From a virus, in the IMG/VR virus record IMGVR_UViG_3300028592_000008, positions 1 through 64,000 of that record: 64,000 nt of DNA, one strand, 5' to 3'. A program made the translations under genes and the position numbers. Positions 1-8,554 of the stretch are shown here, piece by piece (the first letter of the stretch is position 1; each line of letters begins with the position of its first letter). The notes below the pieces were generated by a model that searched no databases, was not told where the DNA came from, and was given only the letters and a program-made list of their open reading frames with translations.

Positions 1-36
1 GCCTGGGGCCGGGTGCCATTCCCGGCCGGAGGTAGA

Positions 37-690
37 TCACGCACTCATCAAGGCGACGTCGAGATCCCGGAGGGCCAGCCGGAAGCTGGGGTTCCAGTCT
101 CCCATACGGGGGTGACCGGCGGCGTCAGCGATCGGGCAGGCCCGGGACCCGGTTTCGGCTTCCCACACGTCGCAGGAGAACTCCTTGAGCGGGGCCGAGA
201 GGGCGGCGACCGTGTCGTTGAAGGCGAACTGCGTGCAGCGGTTGACGATCCGCTGTGGGAGCTTCTCGGGGTGGTTTGTCGTGAAGACGATCACCGATCT
301 GGCGGGCAACTGCTCGAGCCGGCCGAGCCAGATGTTCTCCGCGGCCGGGCTCATTCGGTCCGCTTCATCGACGGTCAGAACCTTCCACCCGGTCTTGCTG
401 AACATCGGGCGGAGGGCCAGGCCGCGGAAGGTCTCGATGACGCTCTCCGCGGTCTGCTGCCCGGCCGGGATCTGGTGGAAGCCGCCAAGGGCGTCCTTGG
501 ACGGGTCGGCGCCGAGGGCCGCGGCGAGCAGCCGGCCGGTCATCGTCTTCCCGACCCCGGACCCTCCGGAGAACATGAACACTTGCGGCGCCGGGTCGGC
601 GACGAACTTCGTGAGGTAGCGGACAATGTGCGGCTGACCCCGGAGTTCCGCGAGGCTCTTGGGGGCGTACTTGCGCTCGAGGCGTGACAT
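37..690 (-). CDS. Clamp-loader-like (DnaX/RFC family) AAA+ ATPase, ATPase domain only
   Basis: N-terminal LERKYAPKSLAELRGQ resembles the clamp-loader KYRP motif; Walker A GGSGVGKT; Walker B VLTVDEAD; IVFTTNHPEKL; NRC in place of SRC. Start moved to the ATG at 690, which follows an AAAGGA RBS. Confidence 0.8.
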   Translation of the reverse strand: MSRLERKYAPKSLAELRGQPHIVRYLTKFVADPAPQVFMFSGGSGVGKTMTGRLLAAALGADPSKDALGGFHQIPAGQQTAESVIETFRGLALRPMFSKTGWKVLTVDEADRMSPAAENIWLGRLEQLPARSVIVFTTNHPEKLPQRIVNRCTQFAFNDTVAALSAPLKEFSCDVWEAETGSRACPIADAAGHPRMGDWNPSFRLALRDLDVALMSA

Positions 691-725
691 AGCGTCCTTT
701 CTGGGGAACGGTGAAGCGGCCAGTA

Positions 726-742
726 GGTATTTCACAAACCGG
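726..742 (-). promoter_or_regulatory. Repeated motif GTTTGTGAAATACC upstream of a gene (copy 1)
   Basis: GGTATTTCACAAACCGG on the + strand, identical at 2365-2381, with variants at 3989-4003 and 4129-4144 and an inverted copy at 4191-4204. Confidence 0.65.
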
Positions 743-798
743 CTTTCTGAACAGCCCGCAGGCCGCCCGGGAGCGTTCCAGGGGGGCGAGCGGGAGTC

Positions 799-1593
799 TC
801 AGAACAGGAGTCCGGCCGGAGCGGCCTTCGTGGCGGGTGCAGCCGGCTCAGGCTCGCGGTCTTGCACCAGGGCGATCTCGACGACGATGTTCGTCATGTC
901 GAATCCGTCGTAATAAGTGCAGTCGATGCCGCAGTTCGCGGCGAGCGTGAGACCGGTCTCTCTTGACCAGGATTCGTACCGAGCGTTCTGCGTGTTCGTG
1001 TAGGACTGCCGGCCGGAGTATTCCCAATTCGTGGCCCCCCGGGGGAGGATCATCGTTCCGCCGTTGGTGCAGAGTCGCATTCCGATCTCGGCGACGGCGT
1101 GTGGGACGCTCGGCGCCGTGGGGTGCTGCTTGCGTCGCCCTTTGGGGACGGGCATGAACGGAGGGTTTGAGTAGAACTCCTCGAACTGCCGCCCCTTGAG
1201 AATCTCCGGGACGTCGAACACGTCCGCCACGATCCATTCAGCCTCGGGGAAGATTTGCCGGCCGATGGCGGCGTATTCTTCGTTGATCTCGACGCAGGTG
1301 ACCGCGGGGCGAGTCTCATTCCCCCAGCGTTCCCACTGGCGGTAGGAAAGGATTCCGTAGCCGGCACACAAATCGAGGACTCGCTTGGGCTCCTTGCGGT
1401 GCCAGTTCAGCGTTTCGATCTGGAAATCTCCGGCCAGGTCCCAAGGCGTGAAAAACGCTCCGCCGGCGCCGATGTCCGTTGTGGCGTACGGCTTGATGTC
1501 CCGGTAGAGCGCCTCGCGGTCGCTCAGGTCCCCGGCATTCAGGCGTTTCAAGGCGTTGTCCATCGCCTTGCGTTCGGGCTTCGTCAGCTTCAT
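799..1593 (-). CDS. SAM-dependent amino-methyltransferase (N6-adenine DNA MTase-like)
   Basis: GAFFTP motif, SAM-binding VLDLCAGYG, catalytic SNPPF motif. Confidence 0.8.
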   Translation of the reverse strand: MKLTKPERKAMDNALKRLNAGDLSDREALYRDIKPYATTDIGAGGAFFTPWDLAGDFQIETLNWHRKEPKRVLDLCAGYGILSYRQWERWGNETRPAVTCVEINEEYAAIGRQIFPEAEWIVADVFDVPEILKGRQFEEFYSNPPFMPVPKGRRKQHPTAPSVPHAVAEIGMRLCTNGGTMILPRGATNWEYSGRQSYTNTQNARYESWSRETGLTLAANCGIDCTYYDGFDMTNIVVEIALVQDREPEPAAPATKAAPAGLLF

Positions 1594-1659
1594 GGTGATC
1601 TCCAGTGGGGTCGGAACGGTCAATGTCCGCCAGGTCGGCGCCGGGCGGTTGTTGACGGC

Positions 1660-2292
1660 TCAGAGCTCGCAATGGGCGAGGATGTGGCGGCAGAGCCTCT
1701 TGGCTCCTGGCGAATCATCGACGATCTTCGTATACAGGTCGCGGCTCTTGATGTGTGGCATCGTCGGAGCAAGCCCGGAATAGAACCTCACCCGGCTCCG
1801 GAAGGAGTCGGCGAAATACTCTCCACCGTCCGTTCCGCCGCGCTGCAAGTCGAACCGTCCTTCGTAAACGGTTCCGTCCTCCCACTCGCACCTGAAGTCG
1901 CACTTGTCGTATCCCGTGGTCGGTGCCGAGTGCCCCCACGCTCGCATGCCGGATGATGCCTTGATGAAACCGGAGATCCAGTACGGCTTCTCCCAGTGCG
2001 ACCCCGGGACTCCGTCGCCAGGCTCCAGGGTGTTCACGAAGACCTCGGGGATTCCGCAGAGTTTGCTTGGCCCCTCGGCTCTGGTGATCGTGATCGACTT
2101 GAGTTTCACGAGCACTTCCGGAATGAGAACTCGCCACTGAAGCGATCCAGTGCCGGTGTCGAACAGCACGATTTCGAGCCCGTCTTCGGCTTTTGGTAGC
2201 CTCTCGAGGATTGCACCCTCAGCGGGGCTGCGGGTCAGGCGGTGCAGGTAGACTCCAACGTCCTCGACTGGCGGATGTTTTTCAGTTCCCAT
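1660..2292 (-). CDS. Hypothetical protein with LPD25-like (large polyvalent protein-associated) domain
   Basis: GYDKCDFRCEWEDGTVYEGRFDL resembles the GYDKxxF...YEGRxDL LPD25 signature as I recall it. Confidence 0.5.
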   Translation of the reverse strand: MGTEKHPPVEDVGVYLHRLTRSPAEGAILERLPKAEDGLEIVLFDTGTGSLQWRVLIPEVLVKLKSITITRAEGPSKLCGIPEVFVNTLEPGDGVPGSHWEKPYWISGFIKASSGMRAWGHSAPTTGYDKCDFRCEWEDGTVYEGRFDLQRGGTDGGEYFADSFRSRVRFYSGLAPTMPHIKSRDLYTKIVDDSPGAKRLCRHILAHCEL

Positions 2293-2364
2293 TAGCGTTT
2301 CTCCGTGGGTGAGTGTGAACGTCCAAGGCTCCCCGGCGGTCCGGGGAGCGAAGGTCGGCCACAA

Positions 2365-2381
2365 GGTATTTCACAAACCGG
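2365..2381 (-). promoter_or_regulatory. Repeated motif GTTTGTGAAATACC (copy 2)
   Basis: Exact 17-bp match to 726-742; intergenic, upstream of the gene starting at 2292. Confidence 0.65.
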
Positions 2382-2384
2382 GGT

Positions 2385-2561
2385 CTACTGGACGGCGTAG
2401 AGGGCCACAATCTCCTCTTCGGGCTCCTCGGGGGTGACGCCGAGCGAGAGCAGCTCCTGGGCGTGCTGGAACGATTCCCGGGTGCCGTGGACATGCCCGG
2501 CGCAGTAGCAGCCGACAGCAGTCATGGCGAACAGCAGGACGTGGATGGCGGTGGTCTTCAT
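2385..2561 (-). CDS. Small hypothetical protein (58 aa) with hydrophobic N-terminus
   Basis: Read manually: MKTTAIHVLLFAMTAVGCYCAGHVHG...; GGAG RBS; lies between repeated intergenic elements. Confidence 0.55.
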   Translation of the reverse strand: MKTTAIHVLLFAMTAVGCYCAGHVHGTRESFQHAQELLSLGVTPEEPEEEIVALYAVQ

Positions 2562-2630
2562 GGGGGCTCCGTGCGAGGGGGTGAACAGCCGAGTCCCGGG
2601 GCCATCCTGGCGGTCCCGGGGGACGGTAGG

Positions 2631-2792
2631 TCACTTTTCGATGCGAAACTCACAAATCAGCCATCGGGAAGGGACGATGCAGTGATTGAAAACCTTTCCG
2701 TTTCGCATGAACCAGACGTGGACGTGATCGGTCTTTCGCGGATCTTCGTCCGCAATGGCATCGCAAGTGGTGGATGTCAGCTTCGTCTTCAT
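2631..2792 (-). CDS. Small hypothetical protein (53 aa)
   Basis: Read manually: MKTKLTSTTCDAIADEDPRK...; GGGAG RBS; its stop lies inside the repeated TGACCTACC element. Confidence 0.5.
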   Translation of the reverse strand: MKTKLTSTTCDAIADEDPRKTDHVHVWFMRNGKVFNHCIVPSRWLICEFRIEK

Positions 2793-2827
2793 GGGCAACT
2801 CCCGGAGTGTGGTGAACAGCCGTCGCG

Positions 2828-2859
2828 CCGGGTGCCATTCCCGGCGGTGCGGTAGGTCA
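2828..2859 (-). repeat. Intergenic hairpin repeat CCGGG-AATGGCA-CCCGG downstream of a stop codon
   Basis: The 17-mer at 2828-2844 is identical to 9-25; related elements at 2580-2633 and, on the + strand, 5610-5632. Confidence 0.7.
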
Positions 2860-3051
2860 CTGGCGGTTGCCGATCGAACGCCGCAGGGCGTCGCGGTAGG
2901 TGGCGCAGTGGGCGTCGATGGCGGCTGACCCCTTGCGGGCGATCTTCAGCTCCTCGGGCGTGGGATTCAGGGCTCGGATCGCGTTGAGGCGCTCCCGGCG
3001 GCTGTCGACGTGGAATTCGTACCGGAACGTGGGGTCGTGCTTCACAGTCAC
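2857..3051 (-). CDS. Hypothetical protein
   Basis: 64-aa ORF with AAAGGA RBS in the leftward gene series. Confidence 0.55.
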   Translation of the reverse strand: MTVKHDPTFRYEFHVDSRRERLNAIRALNPTPEELKIARKGSAAIDAHCATYRDALRRSIGNRQ

Positions 3052-3078
3052 GGCTGGCGGTCCTTTCTGGCGTGCGTC

Positions 3079-3234
3079 TCACGCCCACAGCAGGTTGAGA
3101 ATCAGGATCAGGATGGCGGCGGCGACCAACGCGACCAGCAGCCCAACGGGAAGCGGTCCATCGTCGCCCGGATTCGTGTCCATTTCGTGCGTGTCCCCAT
3201 CGTGGGTGGCGTTGGGGTCGATGGGCTCAAACAT
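3079..3234 (-). CDS. Small membrane protein
   Basis: MFEPIDPN... with a C-terminal TM helix (LLVALVAAAILILILNLLWA). Confidence 0.5.
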   Translation of the reverse strand: MFEPIDPNATHDGDTHEMDTNPGDDGPLPVGLLVALVAAAILILILNLLWA

Positions 3235-3262
3235 GGTAAAAACCTCGGTCTGGCGGGTGCGT

Positions 3263-3276
3263 GTTTCCCGGGAAAC
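3263..3276. repeat. parS/NBS-like palindrome GTTTCCCGGGAAAC (first of 11 perfect copies)
   Basis: Other copies start at 3708, 10163, 18374, 19064, 28854, 32606, 39474, 49096, 54077 and 63841; one-mismatch copy at 54522. Confidence 0.85.
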
Positions 3277-3289
3277 GCTCCCGGGGGTC

Positions 3290-3682
3290 TCAGTAGCCGG
3301 CGGCCTCGGCGTAAGCGTCGCGGTGGAACGATCCTCCCCTGTGCCAGATGGGAACCATCGGAAGTCCGTCATCAGGCCCTTCGCCCGCCCGGAGGTCGAT
3401 GATCGGGCAGTGGAAGCCTCGGACGTCCTCGATTGGGCCGTCGCAGTCGCATCCTTCGCTCAGGCAATCGCACCGGACCTCCATGGCGTCCCGGTCGTAT
3501 TCGTACGTCACGCCCTCACCGCTCCAGCCTTCCTCGGTCTGGCGGGCGGAGTAGTGGCTCAGCTTCTGCCCGGGGCGGAGCGTGAGCGTCACATAGCCCC
3601 CGTCCTCGGGACCGGACCCGGAATGCCAAGTGTTGAACCTGGCGTTGGGCGGGAAGGCGCACATCGGAAGTTTGGCGGACAT
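3290..3682 (-). CDS. Hypothetical protein
   Basis: 130-aa ORF with AAAGGAG RBS. Confidence 0.7.
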   Translation of the reverse strand: MSAKLPMCAFPPNARFNTWHSGSGPEDGGYVTLTLRPGQKLSHYSARQTEEGWSGEGVTYEYDRDAMEVRCDCLSEGCDCDGPIEDVRGFHCPIIDLRAGEGPDDGLPMVPIWHRGGSFHRDAYAEAAGY

Positions 3683-3727
3683 GGGATGCTCCTTTCGTGA
3701 GCGTGGTGTTTCCCGGGAAACGATGGG

Positions 3728-3949
3728 TCAGATCATGCGGCTGCGGCGGACGTATCCACAGAAGCGAAACCAGTCAGCCACAAGCGCGGTGTTGATCGCC
3801 CGGCCTCTGGCGGCGGGCAGCAGATACGCCTTCCCGTCCTGGGCGTAGACATCCCAGCTCCTCATCGTGCCGACGTAGGTCGAATGGCCGACAACCATCT
3901 GGCGGATGCGTTGCGCCCGGGGGCCGCGGATCCGTTCAAACACTCGCAT
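3728..3949 (-). CDS. Hypothetical protein
   Basis: 73-aa ORF with AAGGAG RBS; first gene of the leftward arm. Confidence 0.6.
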   Translation of the reverse strand: MRVFERIRGPRAQRIRQMVVGHSTYVGTMRSWDVYAQDGKAYLLPAARGRAINTALVADWFRFCGYVRRSRMI

Positions 3950-4172
3950 TGTTGGTCTCCTTGTGGTGACTGGTCTGGCGGTCCGGGAGATATTTCACAA
4001 ACCCCGGTCTGGCGGTCTCCGGTCCACGTACGTCTGGCGCTCCTTCGAGTCAAGACGAGGGCTTGGTTTCGCGTCCGCCGCGTCCTGCATTAGTGAACGG
4101 CTGTCGCCGCAAACCAAAGCCTGCTAACGGTTTCACAAATCCGGTCCGTCTTGGAAAATCTCACGATGGGCA

Positions 4173-4204
4173 TTGACTTCATCCGAGACAGTTTGTGAAA
4201 TACC
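4173..4204 (+). promoter_or_regulatory. Putative promoter: TTGACT followed by the GTTTGTGAAATACC motif
   Basis: -35-like TTGACT at 4173, with the repeated motif covering the -10 position, at the divergence point. Confidence 0.5.
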
Positions 4205-4288
4205 TTCTGTCCGCCGGTCACGCTGACCCGGCAGACACGAACGGGACTAGGCTAGCTCGCTTTGCTGGCCGCTCTGAAAGGATCAATC

Positions 4289-4837
4289 ATGGTGGCTTCC
4301 GCACGGCTCGACTCAGGAACGGCTTTCTCTGCATTCGTGTCTCTCTTCCAGACCGCCGCCCGGCGCGGGGGACGCTGGCACAACATGCGGCGGAACATGG
4401 GGAATCCGTTCTCTCAGGATCATCAGCGCCACGCGACGGACGAGCAGGTACAGACGGGACTGGCATACGCTTGGCGCGAATGGCAGCGGCGGACCGGAAT
4501 CGAGGGGGCGCCGACGGACTGGACGGAGGCGACGCATCTCGCCAACAGCATCGCTCGGCGCGTTTGCCAACTGGTCAGCCGGGGGAGCGACTTCAATGCG
4601 GAACGTCGCGGACCCCGGACATGCGCCATGTCGCACGGCTTCGGGCGAGAGATCGACGAACGGGACCGGATCGAAGACGAAGAGACCGGCATCGAGGATC
4701 GGGGAGACGGCCGGATTGCCGAATACGATGAAGACGGCGGTTTCGTGGTCGCGCTCGGGGACGAGATCCGGGCGGAACTCTCGGCCGTCACGATCAAGCC
4801 GGTTCTCGCTTTCGTGAGCTTCGGACGCCGGGACTGA
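4289..4837 (+). CDS. Hypothetical protein
   Basis: AAAGGA RBS, ATG at 4289, coding-like composition. Confidence 0.6.
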   Translation: MVASARLDSGTAFSAFVSLFQTAARRGGRWHNMRRNMGNPFSQDHQRHATDEQVQTGLAYAWREWQRRTGIEGAPTDWTEATHLANSIARRVCQLVSRGSDFNAERRGPRTCAMSHGFGREIDERDRIEDEETGIEDRGDGRIAEYDEDGGFVVALGDEIRAELSAVTIKPVLAFVSFGRRD

Positions 4838-4952
4838 TCGACCGTAGGCGCTCCCGGCATCGCTCGGAGCGCCGTCGGCCGGTCACTCCGATCAGGCAAT
4901 CACCACACCGCCGGGACACGCTGACCCCCGGCACGAACAGGAGACTTTCGCT

Positions 4953-5594
4953 ATGGCTCGCACCATCAATCGCACCGCTCCGGCTGTCGTCATGTCGCTG
5001 CGCTCGGTTCTTTCGCTTGTTTCCGTCAACGGCCTGCAGCCGACGACCTTTCCGCAGGTCATCGGACTGACCGGCAAGCCCGCCGCCATCGTGCAGGCAG
5101 TTTGCTGCGGGCTCGCGGACAAGAGCATGGGCATCGACGAAGCCTTGGTCGCTCTCGGCGAACAGCCCGCACCGGCACCGGCGAAGCCTGCAGCACCGAA
5201 GAAGACCGCCGCCGAGCTGTTCCGGGAGTTTCAGGCCGGCAAGATCACCGAGGCGCAGCTTACGGCCGAGCTGGATCGACTGACCGTCCGCGCCCCGGCT
5301 CCGGTCAAACCGCTGGCAGAGATCACCATGACGGGCGACATGGTCGACCGTTGCATCCGGGACGCCGATGGGAATCTGATCCGCGAGCCCGGCAGCAAGA
5401 AGAACCAGAAGCACCAGATTGCCTACACGGGGAAGCCGATCATCAGCATCCGAGGCGGGAAGCCGATCCCGGCATGGACCGTCTACGCTGTGCTGAAACA
5501 CGCTGAGGCGCTCACGAAGGCACTGACGGAGCGAGGCTACACGGAATCCGAGGCCCGGAAGGATTCGACCGGAGCCGCCGCGCTGGCCGACTGA
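4953..5594 (+). CDS. Hypothetical protein
   Basis: AGGAG RBS; 213 aa with Pro/Ala/Lys linkers. Confidence 0.7.
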   Translation: MARTINRTAPAVVMSLRSVLSLVSVNGLQPTTFPQVIGLTGKPAAIVQAVCCGLADKSMGIDEALVALGEQPAPAPAKPAAPKKTAAELFREFQAGKITEAQLTAELDRLTVRAPAPVKPLAEITMTGDMVDRCIRDADGNLIREPGSKKNQKHQIAYTGKPIISIRGGKPIPAWTVYAVLKHAEALTKALTERGYTESEARKDSTGAAALAD

Positions 5595-5684
5595 TCGGAC
5601 TGGCCTTACGCGCCCGGCATGGCACCGGGCGCAGTAGGCCGGACCGACCCGGCACCGCTGACACACAGAACGGGAGAAAACGCT

Positions 5685-5897
5685 ATGACGGACGAGACGC
5701 TGTCGAGAATGGTCAATGCCTCACGGAGATCCGCAGCCGAGGTACTGCGCGGAATGATCGAATCGGGGGAGATGTTGCCCGGCACCAGTGTGCAGCACGC
5801 GATTCGGATTCTTGTCTGCCGAGGAGTGAACCTCACAGGCACAACACCGGAAGGTTGGGACCGCATCGAGGGAGGAGGAGAGACGCACGGCAGCTAG
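5685..5897 (+). CDS. Hypothetical protein
   Basis: GGGAG RBS; followed by a terminator. Confidence 0.5.
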   Translation: MTDETLSRMVNASRRSAAEVLRGMIESGEMLPGTSVQHAIRILVCRGVNLTGTTPEGWDRIEGGGETHGS

Positions 5898-5925
5898 ACC
5901 CGGCATTGAACGCGACGCAAGACAC

Positions 5926-5963
5926 AACCGCCTGCAGTCCACACCGGACGCAGGCGGTTTTTT
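5926..5963 (+). terminator. Rho-independent terminator
   Basis: AACCGCCTGC...GCAGGCGGTT stem followed by a T-run. Confidence 0.75.
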
Positions 5964-6365
5964 CATGCGCCGACCGGAACGCGGCAGACTGGCGTCAGGA
6001 TGGCCCGGCATCAGGAGGCGACCGGATTGCCACGCTGACGGATGAAACGCCCGGCAGCACGCACGGCAAGGCGTCTGGCGATGGAAACGAGACCGAGAGG
6101 AGGAAGCGAGATCCAGGCACGGGCGAACCAGGCACGCGGAGGAGGCGGAGAACGCCCGGCATCGGCTCGACCCGGCAGCATGCACTCAGCTACCAGGCAC
6201 AGAGAAGGCAACGACCTCGGCACAGAGCGAGGCCGCATGGACGACACGCATCGATGACACATGGGGATCGGACGGGGAGGGAGGGAGGAATGCAACCATC
6301 TGAGGCACGTATTGCACCGCGCTTATGCAGCGTAACGCAGCACGCTCCCGCGACGGAACCCTTGA

Positions 6366-6393
6366 AGTGAACATAACTTACATTATCGGACGT
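6366..6393 (-). other. dif-like XerC/XerD recombination site
   Basis: Minus strand reads ACGTCCGATAA-TGTAAG-TTATGTTCACT: 11+6+11 architecture with inner ATAA/TTAT and a XerD-arm TTATGT, in an AT-rich island in non-coding DNA. Confidence 0.75.
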
Positions 6394-6770
6394 TGAGCGA
6401 GGCGAGCGCAGGAGGCATCGCGAGGGCCGGACTGCAGCGGTTCGCAGCATCGGCACGGGTATCGGCCGTCATGCGCGAGGCACAAGGGGGGAGGGAGCCC
6501 CATCAGTCTGGCGGGTCGATGTGTATTGTCCCCCGTCCAAATTTTTCCCACAAAACCCCCCTGTCAGTCCGGCAGCCATTGGTTGCTCTAACCTCTATCC
6601 TCTTAGGGACTTTCTGCTGCTGCTCGCGGCGGGGCTTGGTGCCTGCTGGGTGGGCAGGTGTGGTTTGCTGGAGTTCTTCTGGGGTCGGGAGGGGTTGAAT
6701 TGGTTGGATCGTGTGGCGATGATGTGTTCATTGTCGGGGATTCTTGTCTGTATTGTGATGGGGTGATTGG

Positions 6771-7016
6771 ATGGAATGGCCGGTTGGACGGAAGCCTGTT
6801 TGGCCGGGGTACTTCTTTGACGGGAAGCTGTACCGCCGGACGCTGGTGGCGATGGTGGAGGAGGTGCCGATCCTGAAGGGTTGCGACCTGATGGGGGTAA
6901 AGGAGCGTCTCCGGGGGACGGCGAAGCGTCGCGGGGTAGGGATGCACGCGAAGGTGGAGGGGAAGGAGTTGGTGTTCCAGGCGATCCTTCGGGGGTCGGA
7001 AGGGGGTGCGGGGTGA
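6771..7016 (+). CDS. Hypothetical protein
   Basis: First ORF of the rightward operon; GTGA overlap with the next gene. Confidence 0.55.
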   Translation: MEWPVGRKPVWPGYFFDGKLYRRTLVAMVEEVPILKGCDLMGVKERLRGTAKRRGVGMHAKVEGKELVFQAILRGSEGGAG

Positions 7017-7540
7017 CGTTTGATTCTCAGCGGGCGATGGACCTGATCCGGTACTGTCGGGCGGAGTTGCAGGACGCTGGTCTGATTTCGGACAAGGAGT
7101 ACGCCGATCTGGTCGCCATGGGGAAGGACTCCCGGGAGCGTCTCGAGGATTACGACTCGATGCGGTCCCGGATTCGGGAGCTCGAGGGGCGGATCGCGGA
7201 CTACGAATCCGCTGGGGCGGACGTGCGGCGGCTGACCCGTCAGCTTGACGTGGAGATGCACGGGGAGGGGGCGGCTCCGCAGGCGAGTCTCTGCGACCTG
7301 ATGGGGTCCGGGAAGAAGCTGCGCGACCGGGCGGAGTTGGCGGAGCGGGTGGTCGCGGACCTTCTGGATCACTGGCCCGGGGAGTGGGTCTATGAGGACG
7401 CCCTCCCGGAGATGACGAAGGAACAGTTCGACCGGGCTTATCAGTTCAGCAAGGTCGATGGCGTGCGGATGTACCCGGCGATCCAGGGGATCATCGTTGA
7501 CTCGCTTGAAGGGGAGGCCGAGGCCGATGGGTCGTCGTGA
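7013..7540 (+). CDS. Hypothetical protein (coiled coil)
   Basis: GTG start overlaps the upstream stop; helical composition. Confidence 0.65.
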   Translation: MTFDSQRAMDLIRYCRAELQDAGLISDKEYADLVAMGKDSRERLEDYDSMRSRIRELEGRIADYESAGADVRRLTRQLDVEMHGEGAAPQASLCDLMGSGKKLRDRAELAERVVADLLDHWPGEWVYEDALPEMTKEQFDRAYQFSKVDGVRMYPAIQGIIVDSLEGEAEADGSS

Positions 7541-7630
7541 GAAGCATCGCCGGAAGGAAGAGCGGCGGCGCCGGGCGAAGATGGATCGGGCGTACGAGGA
7601 ATGGGTGGGGGCCGCGGGGGAGGTGGCGAA

Positions 7631-8161
7631 GTGAGTTCTATACGCGAACGTCTTTACGAGTCTGGAGAGGTCGCTCAGGTGGGCGACGTGGTGATGATCG
7701 ATTCTGTGTCGAGTGCAGAGGCGCGCGGCCTTGAGGCTGGCGAGCCTTATCGGGTCGTGGAGTTCAACTCGCTCGGTAATCTTGTGGTCGTTCCCCTGAA
7801 TGCAGTGGGCGAGAATCAAGGGCATGGTTCGCTCCGCTTCCGGTTGGTCAGGCGAGCAACTGCAGATGAAGTCCGAGAAGCCGCCAAGGATCGGCAGGCT
7901 CTTGTCGACGAGGTGGCGCGGCTGAAGGACGAGAACCAGCGGCTGCGGGAGGCGGGGGACAGTCCGGTGTTCTCGCCGATGGTCGTTCGTGCTGCGAGAC
8001 GGGCGCGGTCGCTCTATCTCGGTGAGCCTGTGCCGGACGCATGCCGCCTTCGCGCTCAGGACTGGGATGTGTTGGCAGAAGCCGCCCGTGACTTCCTCGC
8101 GTTGCACTTTGACCAGTTCGATGAATTGGGCGTCAGGACTGACACGAGTGCCCTGAAGTGA
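7631..8161 (+). CDS. Hypothetical protein
   Basis: GGAGGTG RBS, GTG start. Confidence 0.6.
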   Translation: MSSIRERLYESGEVAQVGDVVMIDSVSSAEARGLEAGEPYRVVEFNSLGNLVVVPLNAVGENQGHGSLRFRLVRRATADEVREAAKDRQALVDEVARLKDENQRLREAGDSPVFSPMVVRAARRARSLYLGEPVPDACRLRAQDWDVLAEAARDFLALHFDQFDELGVRTDTSALK

Positions 8162-8554
8162 TCCGCCCGCTGTCGACCGTCAAGTCAGCGTGCAGCCCGG
8201 TGCGAGGCCGGAGGGTGTCTGAACAAGTAACGCCGCCCTCGATCCGGGGCGAACTGAGGAGAGGTGGGAGATTCTGAGCCCGCTGATCGAGAAGCTGTGC
8301 TGGCGTAAGGGGTGTTACGAGCCCGGGGTCCCATCGGTCGCTCACGAGCTTTGCGAGTCCTGCCGGCGGGAGTGCTTCGCGCAGCTCGACCGGGCGGGGA
8401 TGCGTCATGGCGAAAAGGGGACTGTGATGCGGGCGATCCGGCGGTTCATGGAAGGGCTGCCGATCCTCCCGGATTCGGGATTGACCGACCGGGGTGGGCA
8501 GGGGTAGATTTCCGCCGCTGATTTCTGGAACGGGTTTGGACGCTTTGGGGAGAC

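Noticed and set aside
8223-8507. Protein-like open frame (…EERWEILSPLIEKLCWRKGCY…) without a clear start codon
   Set aside because: There is no usable start or RBS after the upstream in-frame stop. It may be a remnant, but it is too weak to call.
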